From Phoronis australis (taxonomy: Eukaryota; Animalia; Phoronida), in the NCBI GenBank assembly GCA_002633005.1, contig NMRA01000289.1, positions 274,382 through 338,381 on the forward strand: a stretch of DNA of 64,000 nt. Reading direction: 5' to 3'. The notes beneath the pieces are model-generated. The model saw only the letters and a list, made by a program, of their open reading frames with translations, did no database searches and was not told the origin of the DNA. The stretch's first letter is position 1. Each line of letters begins with the position of its first letter. Below, one piece after another: positions 24,416 to 38,300 of this stretch. The translations under genes and the position numbers were made by a program.

Positions 24416-26093
24416 GGTTATCATGGAGACAGATTTAAGTTGAGGTTGTGCAGATGTAACATGACTACCCTACGTTTCTAATGATGTCAAAGTTCAATGA
24501 TGTGACTGACATCGTGGAAAGGTGTTCCCAACTGACATTGTTTAACTCAGTCTAACTGAAATGAGTGAAGTAGTAAAACCGTGACGTCACGTAATGAGAA
24601 AAGACTATGTTTTATTGTGTTTGGCTAGGAGAAGGAGGCTTGACAGAGGTCTCTTTTCAATGGGGATCAATCCTACTCATGCACAACTGGTGTAACTATC
24701 ATGTTGGAACAATTATTTGTTTCAATGCCTAGTCTTGTTTTACATTGCATTTGACAGTTCAGTTTCTGAAATGGCGAGTTAAAATGCCTCTAATTTTCCA
24801 ATGAAGTCTTTCGTACTTGTTCATATACAAACTTCAATTATAGCAAAAATATCGAGTAACATCAATAATTGAGTGTGGGCGGAGATACCCGTTTTATGCT
24901 GAAGCCATTGTTTTAAACGTCCCTTCACTAAATCCTTTTGCTGTTAAGTTCGCAGATGCACAAATATGAAACAGTTACGAGGGGGAAATTTGAGGCAACG
25001 ATAATACCTGAGGTGTTTCGGATGGTCTAACATTTCACTAAATATTAGGGATGGTTTGAAACTTCATTAAATATTACGGATGGTCTCAAATTTACTTTAT
25101 CTCAGTTTGAAGTTGCAGATTTTTCACGCTTCTTAAATGAATCTATTTCACAATAAAATAATGACTTTATAACCCTAGGATTACACGAATGCATTGAATA
25201 AAGCAGTAACCTATGTAATCCTAACTCTCAGACAACTTTAAAGTCAACATTTCGCCACAAAGCCTCCCCACCGCCAATTTCTCTTTTGTGGCCTCACTTC
25301 ACCCAGTTATTACTTATTGTGGAAAATGTCGGTTAGCACTTGTCTAGGTTGGCCTATTAGACATACGTGTAGTTGACGTTGATCAGTTTCATTCTTTGTA
25401 CAACAATTTTATCATATTTGCCAGCATTTCAGTATGATCAATTGTCCGAAAATAATTATTGATATCACGTGGTATAGATGGTAAACAATATTGTCAATTA
25501 GTCTGTATGCGTCATATGATAATTGGCATTATCGACCTCTTTCATGGACGTTGGTGAAATCGAAGATATGTTACGCTTCCCCAAACTGACATGCAAGAGT
25601 TCATGTTGTTTCACTGGTATTCAATAGTTTTCAACACAAATCAGACGTGGGGTTATTGATCAAGAATGCGGTGCTACATAATGATGAAAGTGTACAAAAA
25701 GTGTGCAATGATGTGAATAAAGTTTCGATACCTAGATACTGATTTCAATCGACACGGATCTGTTGTTAACATTTGAGACCTCTTGTTCGGGAAGTTTACA
25801 TTTTTGACGAAATAACACGAGAAGGATTTAAATAATTTCATCATGAATAATGATGACAGCCAACAGCTAATGAAGAAAAATTTGTAGACCAATAGCAGTG
25901 TTTCGGTTAATGATTTTTCAAACAGCGATCAATAAAGATAAAGTGGTAATGTTTGTTAGTGTATCATGTCAGGTATGAATATGCACGAACAATAAGTAAA
26001 ATTCAATAGTCGATTGCATGGACTAATTATCCCAATATAAGCAAACCAAATTAGTTAATTCGTCATTCCACACCTGCTCACCTGCGACGAGGG

Positions 26094-26387
26094 ATGGGTT
26101 GTTATAAACTTTTCTTGGTTCTCTTGACCGTAGTTCACTACTCTGCTGGAAATGCTTACACCCAACATGAGAAATGTTCCCAAGACGTAGCCATCACAAC
26201 GGGTGCCATCTCTAAACACCAAGTGACAAACATACAGATGTGTAAGAAATTGTGCAATGACAAGGCTGAGTGCGCTGGCTTTAATTATGAAGTTCGCAGG
26301 AAGGCAAAGTGCGTACTGAACTCGGAAGTGGCCGGCAACGGTGGAACGCGACTATCTTACAAACCGTCTTACACTTACGTAGAGAAG
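26094..26387 (+). CDS. Paralog 3 exon 1 (signal peptide + PAN/apple domain)
   Basis: Ends GAGAAG|gtattc; 294 nt. Confidence 0.88.
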
Positions 26388-29300
26388 GTATTCATCAGTC
26401 GTATTACATCGATAGCTTTTTCAGGGAATGAATCCCTAATTAAATAGAAAATTGTTCTTTTTCGTAAACCCTTGTTTTTGTCAAAAAGTGATTTCAGTAA
26501 ACGCCACTTTCCGTTATTAAATTGGTCTCAAGTCGTTCCTTAGTTTGGGTTTGATTTCATGCTTGGAAAGAATTGACAGTTCGAACTCACAAAATTTCAC
26601 GTCACGGCGAGGTCTAAAATGTTCAGTTCTTCCCGAGCCCAGACATCACTGCTAAACTGGGCGAACAACAAGACAAAACCATTTATATTACGGGAAGTGG
26701 CCAACGTCAAAACTTGTTTTCGACAAAAATCAATGGCATAATGTCGCTGATACAGTAACTGTGACTACCAAAGACCATCGCTATTACAACAATTAATTTT
26801 TGTATATTTTTCAAAAGTTCAGACGAAGAAGTGGAATTTGAACATTTCCCAAAAATACTATTGTAAGACTGAAAACCCAAAAACGTATGCGATAAACATT
26901 ATTTTACAGGTGAAAGAAAATGCTACGACGTTCGAGACAACATCCTGCAAAAACTTTTCAGGTAAGCAAGTGTTCACTTGCGATAGGCAAAAACTGACGT
27001 ATTCTAAGTATAGATACAGACATGTAAGTAGCCATACGTATTCATATAGATACACAAGTACATGATACACGGGTCTGAGTTTTGCGCAGTGGACAGCAGA
27101 TTATTTGGTGTAAATTATAAAATGACGGAAAATTCAGCAAAAAGAACTTAAAGACAATAGACAGACAGACAGACAGAGAGACAGACAGACAGACTCGTCA
27201 ACACGAAATTATACGTTTAATTCGCTCGGTGTTTATAAGAATAGTTTTGATTTGTTTCAAAACAACAAATAAAATATCGTTTAGAATTAAACTGGCATGT
27301 GATTGTGGTCAGTTGCTCTTCACAAAGATGAGAAATGATGTGTAGGCTTGAGAATACCTAGCAAGTCGCTATGTCTTGTTACGACCGCTCGGTTTTTGCT
27401 GCCATGATATTATGGCCGTCAGTAAATTTAAAGCAATGTATTTCAACCAATTTCAATTCAAACTAAAAAAAGAACGCTGTGTCGTTGATTTGAACGACCA
27501 AGTTCGCACGCGAAGAAAGTTATTTTTTAAACCTGAAAATCGTTTGTGCTGGCTTAAAGTAAAACTTAGGAGCAACTTTGCAAAATAATATATAATCTAA
27601 TAAATCGTTGCAAAGTGGTTGGTGTTGACGAGTATTCAAATTGGCCCTAAATATTTAATGAAAAGTATTTGAAAATGTAACAGATAGCCGACTGCACCCA
27701 TAACTGAATCATAAGCCCATTTGACAATATGCAAAACAAGACTTTAATAGAATACACGTGCTGTCGGATACAGGCGCATGGAACTAAATACGCTCTTATA
27801 AATAAGCTGTTTCCAATTTCCCAATTTGAAAAATTCAGTCCAGACATCACCGCAGACTCTCGTGCCATTCACGGCCTCTTTCGTTTGATGCAAACTGTTA
27901 CACTGGAATTCGGTTAATGTTATCATAAAGAAGTTTTTTTATCTGAAGCATTTAATAATAGATTTTGAAATTAAAGTGTCTGGCCACGAGGATATTACTT
28001 TGCTTATCATGAGACATAGAACTAACAAATATTACATGGAAAACCTGAATTCCTAAAAAAACTAGTGTTTACAATCGGAAATTGGGTTATAGAAATAAAG
28101 CATGAGACGTCAATTTCCTAGAATTGTTCGCATACATGATAGTTCGGAAGTTGACTTTACCAAGTCCAAGAATTCTACCCAGGGCTAGGTTTTATGACCT
28201 ATTTTTGAACAATACTCTCTTGTTCATAGTTTTGAGAGCAGTTGCCAAAGCTGGACGCGTTCAGTAAGGCTAGTTACTCCCAAGTGGATTAAAAACTACC
28301 AAAATCACTTCTGCTCGCCCTTTTTCGCAGTATTCCGATTTTATTCTCCTAAGTTCTGGAACAGATTTTATTGAAACAGCACTTTCACCTGTTCAAAGTT
28401 GGAAAGGGTAACTGCAGACGAAAAAAATACCTCCCTCAACATATGAGACTAGCAAATCTTTAAAATATATTTTTAACGCGTTCAGTATGGCGAGGCACTT
28501 GTTGCAAGAAATCGTGGCTTATGGAATGAAATTCTGGGCCTCCCTACAATCTGCAGGTGTCAGTGGGCGATACCCTGCTGATGACAGTTGGCATCAGATA
28601 ACAGAAATATAAAAATCAAGATTGAAAAGAAAACAATGGTCAACAACTAATGCTGGATTTAATCTCTGGAGCCTCCGGCCGAGTCATTTTCGTTAGAGTA
28701 ATACCTGGTTTAAAAAATACAAAGAATTCTAAGAATAGTGTTTATCTTGAAAATCGCTGTTTAGAAAATCATTATTTTTGAAGTGAGGTTTGTTTCAGCT
28801 GTGTAGATCAGTGTGTTGGGAGTTTGATTGTAATGTGTACGTGTAAGTTTAAAGTATTAGTATCATGTCCGGTTGTTGTTTGGGCGTTGATTATTAGTAA
28901 TTTTATGGTGCTCAAGATACTGTAAAAACGTTTTCTGAGATTTTTTGAGGAAGGAGTTTAACTTGAAAACAGCAAGAGGCTGCCGCTGGAATGAACCAGA
29001 ATTTAATTTTCTAACATTGACAAATTCTAAGAATTTCTTGGATGGGGGTCTTAAACACACATATTATGAACCCCCGTTTCCCATAGATATGGGCATACCT
29101 TTAGAAATTGCATGTAGCATGAACTACAGATTTGAAGAAAAATCTGAAAACTCTAAAGGCGCTATCTCTGACCTTTAATTTTTGTTTACCAAGCATGAGA
29201 CAAAGTTACACTTACTGTGATCTTATTAAAATTCGTTGAAGTGAATATCTGACCCCAAATAGCAAATTTCACTGCTTGCAAACTGAATTACTAATTCATA

Positions 29301-32300
29301 ATAAAGTTTGTTTAGAATTTGATGTTTCGAAGAATTTTGATGTCGGCTTATGAGACGCCCTACTGGGAACAGTCACAACTCCGAAATAAATCAAATTAAA
29401 GACTCGGGTATACATTAATTATTAGATTTCTACATGTAAAAACACACGGAACTTCTATTAGTAGACGCTGTGGTGTACATACAATGCCCGGGTATTATTA
29501 CAGTTTGCTCGGCTTTCCTGATAATGCTACATGTAAATTGGGCTTAAAAGCATGTCCTGTGAATACTGAAATATGAGTACTTTCATGCATTTTTTAAAAC
29601 AATACGAAGTACGAATGTCAATTAATTGTCAGTCACGAAACATTCACAAAATCCATGTCCTGATCGCATCATTTCGCAACGCGATAGAAAAGTTTATTCG
29701 TTGCGCTTCAACTTCACCCACATTACCCGACCGGAACCTCGCGCACAGACGGGTGGAAACTACATGTACATGTAGCAGGCCACATTGTCTCTGCCAGTTT
29801 TCAGCAAGTCAGAGACCCACCCAGTATTGAACCATAGGAGTCGTGAACCTACGGGGTAGTTGACCTTCGGAGTAGCGACATGTAACTGCGCAACGTTTTC
29901 CAAATGCGCCTAAAGGGAACGGTGGTATCGGTAAGAAAGTGGTTGTGATAAGAGATATAGAGTTATTTTGAAATTTAGGACGACTAGGGAGCGTCATACA
30001 GAGTTTGCAATGTAGTCGAATTTGTCTGTGCCCGCAATTACTTCTCCGTACCTAGGTCGCAAGTTTATATAGTCGAGAATGACTATTCTTTCTCGCGTGA
30101 TTTTGTGTGCTCTCGCCAAACTAACAAGAATCTCGCGCTACAGAACGCACCTCGGGTTACATTTGTATTTCGAGTATAAAGAACTCGTAATTTTTCATAT
30201 AAAATAACTAGATTATTTGCCTAAAAGCCTTCAGAAAAAAATCACAAAAGCATACAGCTTAGAAAATACTTGTGTACAAGACAAATCCATGCGCCTGTAG
30301 TTGACACTTGGGCGCATGCTGCTGTGTGCCAATTATTTGGATAAAAACGCGCACTTTTTTGGATAGGAGCAGCGCACACTTAAAGCAGGCTCTCTACTGG
30401 TATCGCCGCGTTTTGAGAAGAACCCCGTGCATATCTACAAAGTCAAGACCACAAGGCCTGTGTGATCATGATACACTGTATTTCCCATATTTTTCTATCC
30501 AGCTGGTATATCAAAGGCAACTAAGGCAAAAGTTAAATTGTTAAAATCAGATTCGCATTTACATGTACTTGCTGGTGTTGATTAACTGTTCTTACGATAA
30601 CATCTTACTATGGTGACTTTCAGTCAGCTTTTGTTAATGAAACGCTTCAGACATCTAAACTGTATGACACATTAATTCAAATATTTAAACTATGTAAAAA
30701 GTTATTTCTACGCTCCATTAAAGTCGCTATAAACCTGCCTTTCAACACAAAGTCCATGATTGAGACTGTTTTCATTATTACTTGAGACAAAGTTCTACAA
30801 TTTGGCGGCGCGAATAATTTTAATAGACCAGCATGATATCTAGGAGCCAGGAAGTGTCAATTCTTTGCAATACCAAAAAATACGTTTCTTCTTTTTGTCG
30901 AACAATATGAGATATAGCGGAAATTGATGTAAATGCAAATTTTGTTTATTCGACGGAACGCGAGCTTTAAATGTTTTTTTAATCTTGGCAATGGATTTAA
31001 AAGAATTTTTCAAAATTTTCGACAGCAAAGACTTTTTAAAAATTCATGACGTATTTTACTAGAATAACCGAGTGAGTTGTGTGTTTCTTTATTAGTATGC
31101 AGACCAATATGGAAGTTTGATAATTACGAACTTGTGGTCAACCGACGCGACACCTATGGTTGGTGGGGTAGAGACTGCTGGCCCCAAGCGACAGACGAAT
31201 ACTGGTATGAAATGACACATTACGACAACAGAAACCACCTCTATGAGTACACCAGTCTGGGAAACTTCAAAAGTGATTATTACACTGAGTAAGTATTCCG
31301 CATTCAACCATCAAATCAAATCAAATATTTACTTGGCGGAATTCTTTAAATTCCGACAAGTATGTTGTTCTGCCATCAAGTTTGTTTTTGGTTGGGAAAT
31401 TCTTCGAATTCCGACAAGTATGTTGTTCTGCCATTTAGTTTATTCTGGGAATTCCGACAAGTATGTTGGTCTGACGTCATGTTTTTTTGTTTGTTCGTTC
31501 TCTACAGGTCGCAATTTTCGTCCGATCATCAAGAAATTTACACATAACACGTAGATTCGGAAGTCCTAGAAGTCTAATGTTTTTAGTTATGATCGGATTC
31601 AAAATGGCGGAGATGGCGGCCATTTTGTTTCCGGTTTCATCTCTTTGTTTGTTCGCTCACTACAGGTTACAATTTTCCTCCGATTCGCACGAAATTTGCA
31701 CACGATGTGTAGATCAGGAAGGCCTGGAAGCCTACTGTTTTTAGTCATGATAGGATTCAAAATGGCGGACGTGGTGGCCGTGCTGTTTCAGGTTTCAGGT
31801 TCAAATGCTCGTAGAGGCCACATTTTTGACGTACAAGGCTGAAAGTTGGTACGATTATTATAGAACACATGTACTACAACTGTGCCGAAAGATGTTGACT
31901 TCCAATCAAAGATGGCGGAAATATTGACAATGGCGTATGCGCACCTCGATATCTGGGCAAAACGTTTTCTCCTGTAGATGGCGCATTGGTGAACCAATCA
32001 TTTTCAAACTGGTCTCGCGTTTGTTGCTTTTGATCAGCTTTTACAAAATTTTGTTAAACCGGAAGTCACTTTCAAGATAGCGGTTCTGGCGCATTTTCAC
32101 CCATTTTCAATCGTTTTGCGGTCGCCTTTTTAACGGGATGAGCAAATGGCGTGAATTTCTGCACGTGGATTCCTTGATGTATGCTCTTTCAAAGTTCTGC
32201 GATAACGTTTTTCTCAGACTTCGTTTTCGAGTTATTTGACTTTGAATTTCAAAAAAACCGCAAAATTTCAATTTTTTGAAAAAATTATGGAATGTTGCAA

Positions 32301-35300
32301 AACTATCAATTTAAATAGAGTTTTGGACGGGATTTCAGGAGATATTTTCCATTTATTGCTACGACTTGTACTTTTTGAATTATTCGAGATTTTCTGATAG
32401 TGCTGTTCCTTTGTTGACACCTCTTGCTGCACTGATGTTGGTTTAGCTTCTGTTGAACAAGACCATGAAGACATTGCTCATAGAGGCCGCATTTTTTGAT
32501 GTGCAGGGCTGAAAATTGGTACGATTATTATAGTACACGAGCACTATGAGTGTGCCGTAAATCTTTAACTTCCGGTCAAGGATTGCGGAAACATCGGCAA
32601 TGGAGCATGATCACCTCGATAACTGCACGAAAACGTGTTCTCCTGTATAGGGCGCATTGGCGAAGCAATCATTTTCAAACTGGTCAGGTGTTTGTTGCTT
32701 TTGATCAGCTTTTATAAAATTTTGTTAAACCGGAAGTCACTTTCAAGATGGCGGCTCTGGCGCATTTTCACCCATTTTCGATCGTTCTGTGGTCTCATTT
32801 TGAGCAGGAAGAACAAATGAGGTGAATTTTTGCATGTGGATTCCTCGAATTATGCTCTTTCAAAAGTTTGAGATAACGTTTCTCTCGGACTGACCGTTTT
32901 GAGTTATTTGACTTTGAATTTCGAAAAAAACCAAAATTTCAATTTTTTCAAAAAATTTACGGAATTGTGCGTTACTATCAATTGAGAAAAAGTTTTGAAC
33001 GGGCTTTCAGATGATGTTTCCAGTTTTCGCTTGGACGCCTCCTTTTCGAATTATTCGAGATTTTCTGATTTCACTGTTCCTTTGTTGAGCGCTCTTGCTG
33101 CATTGATGTTGTTTTAGCTTCTATTGAACAAGCCTGCAGCCTATTTCTCAATAATTTCTTCGCTAGTCACATGAATGTTATCGTGATTTTCATAATCTCC
33201 GCCTTCATCGTCATCGTCATCGTCGTTTTCCTCCTCCCCATTGTCGTTTTTTCGCTTATTCGCCAAGTGTCGCTTCTCTGAGTGCTCTCGTTTTACTTTT
33301 TGAGCCAACTCCCTTTGGTTTGGCTCTGGTGGGCTGAGTTCACAGTCCTAAGAGTCCCCCTAGAGTGATTGCGTACCTTGCTTGTAGTACATAGCGAGAC
33401 ATTTGGCGTTTTCGCAAGATTCTACGGTCTACAGTACGCACGCCTGCATGCGGTCACAGACGTTGACAAGACTAATCTCATTGGCCGCAAACATTATTGC
33501 GTCGTGGACCGTTGCGACACCTAGCGGGTGTGTTTGCGTCGACGAAGTACGCCATACGTCGATTACCATAGCCGATAAGTTTCTCAAATTCAAAATTGTG
33601 AAGTGTCTTTGTTTAAAATATAGACAAAAATATGAGCAGTTTATTGGAAAAATACACAGTAGTAAATCAAGAAACAATTTGGGCAGCAATGGTTTGGGCC
33701 GGATATAGCTTTCAGCCCACCTAATATGCTAGGTAGTAATGTTAATTATAAACAATTAATTATTAAAACTTTTAACACGCAAACTTTGTTTTAAAATAAA
33801 ATTGAAAAACAACAGACTCTCCTACCCTAACCATGATTGTCCAAAACCTGCCTTATATTCTATCCAAATACGGGTCCAGAACTTTGTTTCGAAAATGCAC
33901 ACCATTCGACATTTTACATTCAAGCAAGGGGTTTGTTCCCAGTTACATGAAACAGTCCCAAATAGAGACTCATCAGGGGAAGATCCAGGAATTTTAAAAG
34001 GGGTCTAGGATCAGATATTTTAAAAAGGGTTATCCAAGTCAACAATTTTAAAATTTTAGATTTGATATCATTAAAATCAAGGGAAAATGGAGTGTCCGCA
34101 CCCCGTTGATCCCCCGGATCCGCTTGTACTCAACTGCAGTTGCTATATTCAGCCTACATCGGCAGATACAAATGGCCAACTTTAAAGTAAATAACATAAG
34201 GACGCTTTATTTCCTGACTTGTCAAAACAAAAAATCTAAATAAACGACATCGCCACTGAGTGTAAGGGGGTTTCCTAGGTAATACACATACTACAGAGGT
34301 AATACATATACTACCGAAGTACATGTACATGTACATGTAACTACCGATGTAGGGCTCAATATGCCTTTAACAGAACACTTATCAAGCAGGTTATCAAACT
34401 GTACAATTAATATTTATCATGCAATGAAGTCCATACCATGATAGGAAATAAAATTGTGCACCTCGAACTGCAGTCAAAATTGCCCAAAGAGCGATGCATC
34501 TCCGCCATATATCTCTGTGTCATGTTTTGTTAAACACTGTTAAGCCATCTTGACACTAATTTTGGACAAGTACCATTTTGTTGAAAACGAGAAGGCACTT
34601 AAATTCGTCTAAAAATGAAGTGATGCTGACATATACCAGCCATACATTTAAATAGTGTGGAGTTTCATCATAATCTGACAAGTCGCTTAGAAGAATAATT
34701 GACAGACAACGAAAATATTGTGGATGCAGAACAAATGCTGCAGTGGTGTCCAAATTATAATCACATAAGTGAACTTAAATTGTGTATACAATAGCCAGTG
34801 CTAGTCAATGATTTGTAAACTGGAGGAACACAATGCACCCACCATTGCACTTTAAAAAATGTTTTAGGGGCGTTCATTACTATCATATGATATAGGTTAT
34901 TGACCAACGACAGCCAGGATTTTGACTGTATCATGGGATCACAAGAATTAATTGAAACAAGTAATAGCGAATAAATAAAAAACAATAAATAAATAATGAA
35001 ATATATGAATAACAATAAACAAATAAATAATAATAAACGAATACTTAAGTATAGATAAAACCAATATATGATAGTATAACCCTAATAAGAATAGTAAATA
35101 AAGAGTAGTCTGTGGTAAATAATGTTGTCTTTTAGATATGAGTGTATTAATATTGCAGAATGAAATGAAAGAAAGTAGATAGAAGCATCAATGGACATGG
35201 AACAAACCAAACAGTAGTTCCCAAAATCATGCAAACCATTAAGTTCAAATCGCCCAGCCCATCACCGGTTGACAGGCAACAGGTTCACGCAAAAACATCC

Positions 35301-38300
35301 TTTGTTTCAATCGTGAGCATCATCTATCTTAATCATTGGGGAAGCGCAAAAAGCATTAGTCACAAATTTCCAACTGTTACTGCAACCGTAGGCAGTGCAA
35401 AAAAAGCATCGTTGCTTTTTTACCGACCAGAGTCGTCAGATCTTGCCAGATTTATTTATTGCACACACGCCCGCTAGACTACGGTCCATGAAACAACAAT
35501 GTCCGCCAGTGACTGTCCAGTGGAATTTTGCAAGGAGACTTGTCTCCCTCTCTACGGTGTCTGATGCCTTGATAGCCTCGTTTCCGTCGCCAGCGCGTGA
35601 AAGGCGAGACAAGTTTCTTACCACAGACTATGTTCCTGATTGTATCGACTTCCTTACTTGGAAAATTAAGTTACGTGAGCCGACCTGCCTGATACGTGTC
35701 GTTAATTTTCACCATGCATAATGCCATCATGTGGTTCGGCACATGAGAGCGCTGATAAGAAACGTAGCGTTACTTTCTCATTTAAAAAAAGTTGTTACGT
35801 CAAAACATAAAACGCCGTTTGTTTGTTATTTCATTGTGATTCCGTAAGTAATGCATTATTCTAAGTTTCCAATAAGCAATGTAATACGAAGACAATTAAG
35901 TGTGCAGTCTGTAGGACGAGTTTTGAATCATTTAGCACTATAGCGCAGCAAGCAGAGTGGATTAGGTTATAAAGGAGTTACCATCACAAGACGGACATCA
36001 AGATGAATTATGCGGTGTCCTCGAGGTACCAGCCGTCGTTGCTACGTTTTTGACGTCATTTTTATTATCAATCATGAGCCAGAGTAAATAGTAGCCGTCT
36101 AGTCTCTTGGTTACTAATCTAATTGCCTTGGTGTCAGTCACCACAAGAGGGTGTTTTGAAGGAACTTAGACTAGTAACGACAGAAATGGACGAATGAATG
36201 CGAAACTCCCGCACGTGACCCATGCTTGGGACTCCGAAATTCCCCGAAACTGGCCGCGAGAGTTTGCACTGTGAATTTTCTTTTGTCCGCTCGAGTACGT
36301 TTTGATCAAGTGTTGTTATCAAATCAAGCCTGATTTTACTACTTCATTTTCATTTCGTTATTTTTGGTCATAATGGCATCCATTCTTCGAGGGAGATTCT
36401 TGAGGTATGGTTCCAGATAATCAGCGATTTCTCAGCAGAATTAGTCAACAGACACGCCAATTACACAGACCATTCTTTTCACGCACCCTGGCTGGATGAC
36501 AGGAATAGTCTGGTCTCTGATATCTTTTCAGCTTAGAGCCACCTTCATCAGCCTATCAAACTACACGTTAGAAGTTTTTCTGGAAGATATTTTTGGGTTT
36601 TAAAATCACGTTACAATATTTTAAGGAAAGAACTGACAAATGATTTGGTTTCTGAGTGTTTGCTCTACAATTATCAATAAAAAGATTGCGAACAGATGCG
36701 TTACCTTAAGTTTCGAAAAACTACTCGACATGTACTTATTTGCGTAGCTAAGTGTGTGTGTGTGTGTGTGTGTGCGTGTGTGCGTGTGTGCGTGTGTGCG
36801 TGTGTGTGCGTGTGTGTGTGTGTGCGTGTGTGTGCGTGGTGTGTGTATGTTTCAATATATTATTACCGTTTTGCATTGTTTTTTATGATAATTCATTTGC
36901 GCAAATCGTGAATAAAATTAAAAAATGAAACGTTTATCTTGTAAGAGAGTCCAATCCAATGCTTTGTGTTACAGACTGCGTACTTGCCAACTGTTCCGCT
37001 CTTGGTGGACAGTCCTATTTTTTGCTTTTCCGCAGTTCCACAACACTTAACATATTATCATCTACTATTGTGATTTCCCACGCGACGTAGCCATATTTAG
37101 CTGCTCGGTTAAAAAGAATCAAGTACGTTTCGTGCGTTTCTGGGGCACCCTCAATTTCCTGTTAACAAACGAAAACGCTGTTGAGTGTTTTTTGGCGTTT
37201 CGGCACCCGTAATCTCCCGCTCGACAAAGATCGCTGTTGGGAAGTTTTTGTGAGTTACGGGTAATATTTAACCCATGCGTTCTGGCATAGACCTAGATGT
37301 CCCACTTTTTATCCGGCATGAAAGCCCGCTCTTGAATCCAGTTGTCCCGTTTTTTTTTTCATTCTCGAATGTTAACAACTATGCAACATATGTTAAAAAT
37401 AACATTGTCTCTTTGTTGTGAATATTGTTATTTTCCAGACTGAGGCAACTTTCAAAGCCACACAATAGATGTATATCCGTTTTTATCTATATATGTCGCA
37501 TAGGTAGTTGAAGTAATTAATTCATAACATTTTTCTAAATGCCATTGCCTCTTGAATTTTTGCTGAAGAATATAGTTGTACCAAACGGCACCACAGGCAC
37601 GATTAATATATCAAGATGTATAATTTTGGATGAATGTCTGTCTTAAATCTTCTCAGCAACTGCGAGTGCTTGATTATGAGGACATGATACAAGGAAATTC
37701 TAAACTAAACTTAATGTTATGCGTCTAGATGGCTTTACGTTACGCCCATCAGCTAAGACACGAAAGTTTCCACGGCCGGCCTCCCGAATCGTCAAATCGC
37801 AAGCAGATGGCCCTCCGTTTTACAATGTTTGAGATCATTAGACCGCAAAATAATGGTCCAAAACTATAGATGAAATTGTTTCGAAGAAGTTTTCCGTAAC
37901 AACAGTTCTAAACTTACTTCGTTCGGACTCAACAAAAGTTCTACCCTAAGTCCTATGTTTCATAATAAGAAAGGACTAAGACCACAGTGCAAGTGGCTGA
38001 TTTTGACCTTATCACTGGCCTGGGTCATTCAAAGTCCTTGTTCGCACAGCTGTCTCGGACACCTGAAAAAGGCATAATTGACAGAAAGTACACTCTATGG
38101 GGTTTCTCAAAATTGAAAAAAATCAACAGTGCCATGTCTTTTTACCTTGCTCCATCAACCGTAAAAAATAATTCGAGATGCCATTATATATCAAATCAGG
38201 CAAAATTCACGACTGCCCCGGTGCAAGATAACGACCATCATCCGAACGCTCTTTCACTCTAGATTCTAGAAATTCAGGTTACATTTCTTCATTACCGACA

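Noticed and set aside
31349-31468. Three AATTCCGACAAGTATGTTG repeats with variable spacers resembling a mini-CRISPR
   Set aside because: The spacers are mutually similar and T-rich, and the repeats sit at the start of an intronic repetitive element.
36696-36911. Cys/Val-rich ORFs (also 20959-21195)
   Set aside because: Translations of dinucleotide microsatellites.
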